The notes beneath the pieces are model-generated. The model made no database searches. It was not told the origin of the DNA and saw only the letters and a list, made by a program, of their open reading frames with translations. Below are positions 57,185-64,000 of a stretch of DNA of 64,000 nucleotides, piece after piece (positions within the stretch are counted from its first letter, which is position 1; each line of letters begins with the position of its first letter). The stretch spans positions 64,001 through 128,000 of the forward strand of contig CAVXTH010000009.1 in assembly GCA_963764625.1 (NCBI GenBank). Reading direction: 5' to 3'. This DNA is from Candidatus Krumholzibacteriota bacterium. GTDB taxonomy: Bacteria > Krumholzibacteriota > Krumholzibacteriia > JAJRXK01. The position numbers and the translations under genes were made by a program.

Positions 57185-59222
57185 CTACTTCACGGCCACG
57201 CTGCCGGTGATCGTGAAGGAGGAGTCGGGCCGGGCGAGGACGGCGTCGTCTCCGAAGGCCCACTTCGCGTCGGAAGGAACGCTGGGCGCGTTCAAGCCTC
57301 CGATCGGAAGGCTGAATACAGGTACCGCACCCACGATTCCTGATAGGAGCTTGGGCAGAGCACAGCGGAGCAAGTCTCCATATTGCGCACTCAACGCGTC
57401 GAGGTCGGCGTCCTCGGGGGCGGAGACGATTTGCACTTCGACTTCCGGGTTCTCGGCCGGAGTGAGCACCAATTCTCCACTTGCGGTATCGAAGCTCATG
57501 CTCGCGCCGAGGATCGCCGAGGCATAGAGGGCGACGTCCGAACTCGCGGGGACGCCCTGGGAAGCGGCCACCTGCATTTGAGGGGTGGCCACCAGGTAGA
57601 GGTCACCGAGTCCAATGTCGATCTGGTGACCGTTGGTTCCCGGCATGATGACGGGGGGCAGCTTGGCGGACAGGCTCACGAGAGATCCGTCTCCCGCGGT
57701 ACACTCGGTGCCCGAGAGCTGATCGAGTTCGAGAGCTCCGCCGCTCCAGGCGGCCCACAGGAACTGATTGAGCAGATCGTCCTTGAGACCCACTCCGAGG
57801 GCGTAGTCCGTAGAACCGAGGGCAGGGGGAGGACCGTCACGGCGAATCGAACCGTAGCCGTTTTCGACCACGGGATTGGCCGGTGTGACCGAGACCGAGA
57901 GATCCGCCGTGAGGGATCCATTCGGATAGTTCCCTGCGAATTGAATGCGGTCGAAACCGCTGCTGAGGCTGAGAGAGGTGTTCACAGGAGGGGGCAGATC
58001 GATCGTTGCCTGTGGTTTGAGACCAGCCAGGAGATCGGACACGAAGCCAGGGATCCTGTTTCGCAGTTCTGTCTCGACGAGACTCTCGAGATCATCTCGA
58101 AATGCGTTGAGAATCGCAGTGGCGATGTTGGAAAGCCCCAAAGGTCCATCCAAAAACTCGAGAGCGCCGAAGTCGACGTCGACGTAGGGGTTCGAGGTGC
58201 TGATCATCGCGCAGCTCGGACACACGTCGACTTGTGGATGGCCGGCCCCGTCCGCGGATGCGTTCACCGTAACCGTGATATGGAGCAGGTCTGCTCCCAC
58301 GGTTCCCGAGCCACTCGCGGTCGTCAAATTCCGGCTCACGCAGGCCACCGCACAGGACGGGTCGAGGTACCCGGTCACCGTCACGTCCATCGCAATGTGG
58401 GCGAGGGATAGGTCCATGGCGAGTCCATTGCTCGAAAGCCTGAGGTAATTGACTACCCACGGCCCGCTGCTGAGCGGGCCGCGGGTGACCCGATAGCCGG
58501 TGCTGTGCACTACGATGTCGGGAATCGGGTAGAAACAGTCGCAGGTATGGCTGTCGACCTGGCCGTCGCGATTGCCGTCGGGGCTTACCAACAGAGGGTT
58601 GGGCAGCAGAGCGTTGAAATCGATCGTCTCCAGATAGTCTTGGAGCAGAGTCGCCATGTCGTCGGGATCCGAACGCACGCCGTCGTCGACGAGCTTCTGG
58701 TTCAGCCTCATGCGGAGACCAGTGGGCACACTTTCGCTCGCGGCCTTCGCACCCACCGAGAGCGGGCTCTTGGCCGAGGTCCCAAAGTACTCGGGGCTGC
58801 GGATGTAGGACTGCACGAGCCTGGCCGTCGCGCCCACTTGGTTTCGCGCGCTCCCGGTAATGATGTTCAGACCCCATTGGCTGCTCAATTGGGTCATGAA
58901 GTCGAGGCACGGCGGAGTTCCCGTCAGGGCAACCGCTTGTCCGTCGAGAGTGAGACTCGTGACTGTGCTTGCGGTGTCGCACGCCGTACCGTTCACGGAG
59001 ATCATCGAAGGTTCGAAAGTCCCGGATTCCAGCATCCCCCCGCGTGGTGGATTCGTAACCTCGATGCGTGGAGGTGGAGGGAGGAGGGGGTGCCGGCGGT
59101 GACGTCGGGCTGCCGCTGGAACAGCTCCAAACGATAACGAGAAGAATGCCGAGTACAAGCGGAAATACGAGGCGGAGTGGGCGCCGTGAAATCCTCCGAG
59201 AGGATGCAAAAGAGAACTTCAT
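57185..59222 (-). pseudogene. Large lipoprotein (Ig-like + possible BPI/TULIP-like domain) with one frameshift
   Basis: Signal and lipobox 'VIVWSC' lie in ORF 58092-59222; the body 'PPRIEVTNPPRG...GLNIITGSA...DDLLNQFLWAAWSGG' lies in ORF 57185-59209; the frames switch in a poly-Pro C-rich tract near 59080. Confidence 0.7.
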
Positions 59223-59396
59223 TCAACGAGTCTACTGCTCATGCTCCCGACCAGTCAACTGGCTCACAGTATGGATTCGGATGATCGATTACAGGACCGT
59301 ATATATTGGATTCACACGAGCAAGCTCGCAACTCCAACTCGATTGCAGTGCGTGAGATTCGGGTCGAATCCTGAACCGTTCGGCAGAAGGGGGCGA

Positions 59397-60110
59397 TTAG
59401 GGCGCCGGTGTCAAAGTGACCCTAACTCCGGTCTCTTCATCGACCTCGAGCGTGTCGCTGACCGCACGAAAACCGGTTGAGGAGTCAAAGGCCCAAATCC
59501 GAACTCTGCGTGCGATGGAATAGGTCGCCAAGGAGTCGCCTGCCTCGTTCGTGAGGGTGAGAACGAAGTCGAAGGGCAGGCAATCCTGGCTGAGTGTGAA
59601 ACGTCCCCAACTGTCCGTCACCACGAGTGGCACTACATCCGTCGAGGAGGGGAGTCCTCCGTAATCGATACCGAAGCGCATAACCACAGGCCGATCCTCC
59701 ATGCCGTCGTGGAGTACGTGCACCTGATACACTCCCTCGGGCGCGAATTGGCCGGCATCGTCCAGGCCATCCCAGGCCACGGCGTGAATTCCGGGCTCCC
59801 TCCCGCCGCTTACGAGAGTCCGCAAGGAATCGGTGTCGCAGAACGACGCGATCCAGACCGTGACCCATCCCGCTTCCAGCTGCTCCCATTGGATCAAGTT
59901 CGTCGGGGTTCGCTTCGGGAGTCCCGAGGCATCATACGACAGGTACTCGAGTACTATGGCCGCATCAGCTACCGGCCGTCTCGTCGAATCCAAAACGTGT
60001 CCCCTGATGTCGGAACCGACCACGCCAGTACCGTCTGGACCCGTTGTGTCATTGCAGGCACTCAGAAGCAGTAGGGCTGCAAATAGAGTCGAAATCGCGG
60101 TGCTCCGCAT
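59397..60110 (-). CDS. Lipoprotein with internal FlgD-Ig-like domain
   Basis: GGAGG RBS; lipobox LSAC; 'IRGHVLDS..RPVADA'; 'LRTLVSGGREPGIHAVAWDGLDDAGQFAPEGVY'. Confidence 0.75.
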   Translation of the reverse strand: MRSTAISTLFAALLLLSACNDTTGPDGTGVVGSDIRGHVLDSTRRPVADAAIVLEYLSYDASGLPKRTPTNLIQWEQLEAGWVTVWIASFCDTDSLRTLVSGGREPGIHAVAWDGLDDAGQFAPEGVYQVHVLHDGMEDRPVVMRFGIDYGGLPSSTDVVPLVVTDSWGRFTLSQDCLPFDFVLTLTNEAGDSLATYSIARRVRIWAFDSSTGFRAVSDTLEVDEETGVRVTLTPAP

Positions 60111-60131
60111 GAGGGAATCCTCCAATTTCTT

Positions 60132-62873
60132 TTATCGCGCCAGGAGCATCTTGTGACTGCTCGTGAACGTCCCCGCGTGCATGGAATAGAAATAGACTCC
60201 ACTTGCCACTGCGTTCCCGCGCGCGTCCTTGCCTTTCCAGATGGTCTGGTGTTCACCAGCCGAATACCGGTCGTGCACGAGCGTCTTCACCAGCCGGCCG
60301 CTCACGTCGTAGATGTCGATTTCCACTTCGCTCTGCTGCGGAATCGAGAAGCGGATTACAGTGGCCGGGTTGAATGGGTTCGGTGCGCATTGACTCAGAT
60401 GATAGGCGAGTGAAGAGATCTCCGGCGCGGCCGTGATTTCGCCAAACACCAGGTTTACATATTCGGGGTGGTCGATGTAGGGATTGCGGTTCAATTGGTA
60501 TTCATAGATCGCGGCGTTGCGTTGGAGCTCCTTCAGACTGACGGGATCCTCGTCGTTCCATTCCAGGAGCATCGAGAGGGCCCAGGGCAGGAGGTTGGCC
60601 CCCTCGACCATGGGGCTGCCGGTCCATCCGGCGTCCTCGGTGTAGTACCGGGTCGACATATAGAAATAGGTTCGAGCCAGATCTCCCTTGTAGGCGTCGA
60701 TGGGTTCGAAGACGACACCGGAGTACCCGGGATACGTGCACGGCCCCACCTTGCTGCCATTGAGGGACACCCACTGGGGATTGGTGACTTCTCCATAGGG
60801 ATAGTTACCGCGGTGCCCGTTGACGTCTGCGTCACAGGGATAGAGGATGAAGATATCGGTATACATGGGAGAGACCTCTCCCCCGAACCAACTCTTGGGC
60901 CACGAGTGCTCGCGGGTATAGCCGGTGCCCTCGCTGCCGCCGGTTCCACCCTGGTCGACGCCGAGAGTGTACTCGTAGGGCGGTGTGCCCCCCGGAACGT
61001 CCGAGTAGATGTCCCACACCTTGCCGTTGGGTTTGACGTCGGTCGTGTAGTACGCCGACCAAACGAAGTCATAACTGTGGGATTGATGGTCCTTGATGAT
61101 GGCGTGGAGAGCGCCGCGCAGGTCCTCGCCGATCAGTCCCTGCGCGCTGGCGTAGTATCCCGCGGGCGGTCCGTAGTCGGCGTAGTCGAAGGGAGTGGAA
61201 GCGGACGCGATGGCGTTTCCGAAGAGATCCTGGACCCCATCCACCGTCAGAGCGTACGACCCCTCGGACATCGCACTCACGGTCAGACTGACACGGCGGA
61301 AGTCGCTCACATCGCGCTGTGCCCCGCTCACCACCAATCCAGGAATCGAATAATGCGAGGTGAGCGCGGCCGATGTGGGATCGAGATCCTCGGAGAAGGA
61401 AACGATCACGGTCGTCGCGTTGGGGGCCGAGACCGAAGTGATGGAGGGAGCGGTGGGGTCGTTCACGAAAACGACATCCGCCGAGTCCCGAGGTTGGATC
61501 CTGTACTCGCCGCCCGCGTCCATGAGGATTCCGGTGAGGTCGTACACGGTTCCCAGAATCACGTTTGCCGGCACCGCCAGCTCTCCGACGAGACATTCCC
61601 CGCTCCCATCGTTTCCCGCCCACGCTCCGGCTCGATCGGTGTCGGTACACATCACGCCGGTCAGATGCACCGTTACTCCCTCGAGGTCCTCCATCGAGAC
61701 CGTCCCGCTCGTCGCATTCGTCGGCGCCGGGATCTCGCTCCCGGTCACTCGGTTCAGGACCAGAGGTTCGGTGAGTACCGTGGTTCCGTCGAAGCCGGAA
61801 CCCAGATTCTCGGTGACGACGCCACGGAGCAACACCGAGTCACCGAGCGCGTAGGGGGCAAAGCCGTTCACCCACACTCCGTTCCACGAGCCTCCACCAT
61901 TCTGGAGGACCGCGAAATCTCCGATGAAGGCGGTCACGACCCCGCTGGTGATGACCGGCTGCCCGGCGAAGAGAGATGTCGGTCCCTCGGACTGGATCTC
62001 GTGAATCGTGGCGGTGGTGGGAATTTGGTAACTGAAGCTCGCAGTTTCAGTGGCGGCGGGTACGTCGTTGGCGGCCGCGACCCGATAGTAGATCGTCGTG
62101 CCTTCCGGCTGTCCTGGAATCGGCGTCTGGGTCTGATAGAAGTCCCCGTAGAACTTCAGCATGGAAATCTGATTGGGCAATGAGACCGCGGAGAAGCCCC
62201 ACGAGAGCGTTACCGAAGTGATCGTGGCGACCGCGTCGCTGACCTCGGCCTGTACGTAAACGCTATCTCCCGGCAGGGGAGCGGTGGGAGCGATGGCCAC
62301 CGAGGAGATGCTGGGCTTGGGCACGGGAGGCGCCGTGCTGTGGGTGCCCGGGCTTCCCTGACTGGGGTAGTCGACCGGCGTGGCGGCCCACTCGTTTGGA
62401 TCGAAGGAGGTGTTGGGCGAGGTGATTCCCACGACGCGGACGTAGTCGGAATTCTCGAATCGAGTGGCGTCGGCCACCACGTAGTCGATGACGGTCGCGC
62501 TGGCGTTCACCAGCTTGGCTCCATCCCCGACCTTGCCGTTCCATAACCCGTCGTTGTCCGACCATGCTTCATCGGCGAAGTCGACCGTGAAGACGTCCAC
62601 CGTCGTCGCATCCCCGACGACCAGAGCGTCGCCGGCCAAAATGGTGCCGCTCAGATTCCAGGTGAACTCGTTGGTACCATTGCCGACGGCCACGACCGAC
62701 CAGCCAGTGAGGTCAACGTCGGTCGCTCCGGAGTTGTAGATCTCGATGAAGCGATCGGAGGCGTAATTGAGGCGCGGATCGCAGAGCTCGGAGATCATGA
62801 CATCGGCCACCGCGCGGCGGGCGAGAAGAAACGACAGCATCACCAGGAGAGAGAGAACGAGAGTCCGACGCAT
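60132..62873 (-). CDS. Secreted endonuclease I family nuclease (EndA/NucM/Bsn-like) with lamin-tail, OB-fold, Ig-like domains and FlgD-Ig CTD
   Basis: Start moved to ATG 62873 (GGGAGG RBS); LTD 'VMISELCD...FIEIYN'; 'TIHEIQ...V.TSGVVTA'; 'YTREHSWPKSW', 'NGHRGNYPYG', 'KGDLARTYFYMSTRY', 'NRNPYIDHP'; CTD 'PNPFNPAT...SGVYFY...KMLLAR'. Confidence 0.9.
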   Translation of the reverse strand: MRRTLVLSLLVMLSFLLARRAVADVMISELCDPRLNYASDRFIEIYNSGATDVDLTGWSVVAVGNGTNEFTWNLSGTILAGDALVVGDATTVDVFTVDFADEAWSDNDGLWNGKVGDGAKLVNASATVIDYVVADATRFENSDYVRVVGITSPNTSFDPNEWAATPVDYPSQGSPGTHSTAPPVPKPSISSVAIAPTAPLPGDSVYVQAEVSDAVATITSVTLSWGFSAVSLPNQISMLKFYGDFYQTQTPIPGQPEGTTIYYRVAAANDVPAATETASFSYQIPTTATIHEIQSEGPTSLFAGQPVITSGVVTAFIGDFAVLQNGGGSWNGVWVNGFAPYALGDSVLLRGVVTENLGSGFDGTTVLTEPLVLNRVTGSEIPAPTNATSGTVSMEDLEGVTVHLTGVMCTDTDRAGAWAGNDGSGECLVGELAVPANVILGTVYDLTGILMDAGGEYRIQPRDSADVVFVNDPTAPSITSVSAPNATTVIVSFSEDLDPTSAALTSHYSIPGLVVSGAQRDVSDFRRVSLTVSAMSEGSYALTVDGVQDLFGNAIASASTPFDYADYGPPAGYYASAQGLIGEDLRGALHAIIKDHQSHSYDFVWSAYYTTDVKPNGKVWDIYSDVPGGTPPYEYTLGVDQGGTGGSEGTGYTREHSWPKSWFGGEVSPMYTDIFILYPCDADVNGHRGNYPYGEVTNPQWVSLNGSKVGPCTYPGYSGVVFEPIDAYKGDLARTYFYMSTRYYTEDAGWTGSPMVEGANLLPWALSMLLEWNDEDPVSLKELQRNAAIYEYQLNRNPYIDHPEYVNLVFGEITAAPEISSLAYHLSQCAPNPFNPATVIRFSIPQQSEVEIDIYDVSGRLVKTLVHDRYSAGEHQTIWKGKDARGNAVASGVYFYSMHAGTFTSSHKMLLAR

Positions 62874-62931
62874 GATGCCTCCCGGTGGCGAATGCCGATG
62901 ATCGGGGTCAGGAGTCTTCCATTGATAGTCC

Positions 62932-63546
62932 GTGGAACGGGAGCATACCACAGAAACAACGGCTCGAATCGAGCGAGTCGCTTGCGCCGGGCCCTTTCGA
63001 CTCCTCGGTGCCTCCGGCCCTGGCCTGGCAAGCATGTCCTTCAACAACATTTCCACTCCCGCTTTGGGAAACGACAACTTCGTCGGAACGTCTCCCAACG
63101 AGATCAACGTGAACCAAAAGGCTTACGATACGGTGGGTTACATCGACATGGTGTTCGAAGTGACCGACGTGGGAGCACCGGCGACCGAGTACGTGCTCAA
63201 TGAGGGTGTCGCCAACAGCACCGGGGACGACTGGACCGATTACCACCTGGAGCTGGGCTTTGGCACCGGGGCTGGTTTCGTTCCATCGGCAGCTGGAGAC
63301 GGTCTCGACTTCGACAGCCCCGACCTCGATTCTCCCTACTCCTTCGGACCTTTCACTTCGATCAGCTTCGGCGAGGACACGATGGATGCCATGGGGGGCA
63401 CCATCTTCAGCGGGGGCTTCTACAACTTCTCCTTCCCCATCGACGTGCCCGAGACCATCACCGAGTTCACGGTCCGGCAGTGGCCCACCGTCGCTCCGGT
63501 AGGAACGGAGTCCTCGAGCATCGGAAAGGTCAAGTCGCAATACTAG
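62932..63546 (+). CDS. Choice-of-anchor-F-like domain with 'SSIGKVKSQY' tail; probably 5'-truncated
   Basis: 'TEYVLNEGVANSTGDDWTDYHLELGFGTGAGFVPSAAGDGLDFD', 'FPIDVP', 'FTVRQWP'; no signal peptide; the first ~25 codons overlap the neighbour's promoter region. Confidence 0.6.
   Translation: MEREHTTETTARIERVACAGPFRLLGASGPGLASMSFNNISTPALGNDNFVGTSPNEINVNQKAYDTVGYIDMVFEVTDVGAPATEYVLNEGVANSTGDDWTDYHLELGFGTGAGFVPSAAGDGLDFDSPDLDSPYSFGPFTSISFGEDTMDAMGGTIFSGGFYNFSFPIDVPETITEFTVRQWPTVAPVGTESSSIGKVKSQY
62942..62950 (-). promoter_or_regulatory. Possible extended -10 promoter of the nuclease gene
   Basis: TGGTATGCT about 70 bp upstream of ATG 62873. Confidence 0.35.
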
Positions 63547-63780
63547 CAATCGAGCCTCGTGCTCGAACTGTTTCAGGGGCGGTCTCAGACTCGGGACCGC
63601 CCCTAGGTCTCCCCAGGCTCCCCCGGCCCAAGACTTCCTCCCCGGCCACCCGCTCTCCTCAAAAGATCTGAACAAATCTTCAATTCTTTCTCCGCTGGTC
63701 TTGCCGAGGACATGCGTTGGGTACAGTGTACGAGCAATCCATGTCCGAGCTCCAGGGGTTGGGGCGAGCAGGGGGGACCC

Positions 63781-64000
63781 ATGAAGAAACTCGTGATTCC
63801 GGCTCTGCTGGTGGTCGTGGCCCTGGTCGTGGTGGCCTTGATGCACTGGCGCCGCGAAAAGGGTGAGGAATACCGGCTCGTCGAGGTGACGCGCGGGGAC
63901 GTACAGAGCACGGTGACCAGCACCGGAATCCTGCAGGCGATCAATACGATTCAGGTTGGAACCCAGGTTTCTGGGAAAGTCTCCGAGATCCACGTGGACT
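63781..64000 (+). CDS. Efflux periplasmic adaptor subunit (MacA/HlyD-like); runs off the window edge
   Basis: Not in the ORF track. GGGGGA RBS; MKKLVIPALLVVVALVVVAL...VTRGDVQSTVTSTGILQAINTIQVGTQVSGKVSEIHVD. Confidence 0.88.
   Translation, partial: MKKLVIPALLVVVALVVVALMHWRREKGEEYRLVEVTRGDVQSTVTSTGILQAINTIQVGTQVSGKVSEIHVD

Noticed and set aside
60468-62183. 571-aa plus-strand ORF
   Set aside because: Exact antisense of the nuclease gene, with no RBS or domain signal.
62874-63993. Nuclease N-terminal extension to 63107 and the 361-aa minus ORF 62908-63993
   Set aside because: The signal peptide and RBS are at 62873. The longer frames overlap better-supported plus-strand genes.
1-64000. tRNA, rRNA, riboswitch, IS or prophage
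   Set aside because: None recognised by eye. Intergenic gaps are short and no transposase, integrase or phage motifs appear. Infernal and tRNAscan would be needed to exclude small RNAs.

Overview
A gene-dense, GC-rich bacterial window. Its many secreted proteins end in FlgD-Ig/T9SS-like C-terminal domains (CTDs) or a short '[ST]-W/I-G-K-V-K-S-x-Y' tail, and it has a PorV-like barrel; this points by inference to a non-Bacteroidota FCB-group candidate lineage (Krumholzibacteriota/Eisenbacteria/Latescibacterota-like). The centre (about 21.8-51.6 kb) is a 30-kb putative beta-1,2-glucan utilisation locus. It encodes a LacI repressor with three matching operators, a CBM9-like CTD protein, and a TonB-dependent receptor with no SusD, followed instead by a 1101-aa CTD protein and a PorV/PorQ-family barrel. 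It also encodes two GH144-like glucanases, a sugar ABC transporter, a frameshifted discoidin/six-hairpin glycosidase, a stand-alone Cgs-type GH94 phosphorylase and a PstS-like/TPR/ExbB/ExbD/ExbD/TonB module. The flanks carry a TetR-controlled LolA/LolCDE-like export operon, beta-propeller, spondin, VIT-vWA and nuclease secreted proteins, a rhomboid-like/DUF2156 fusion and a triheme cytochrome lipoprotein. Three single-base frameshifts are visible and may be sequencing errors. I saw no rRNA, tRNA, CRISPR array or mobile element. All family assignments are motif recognition by eye, not database searches.
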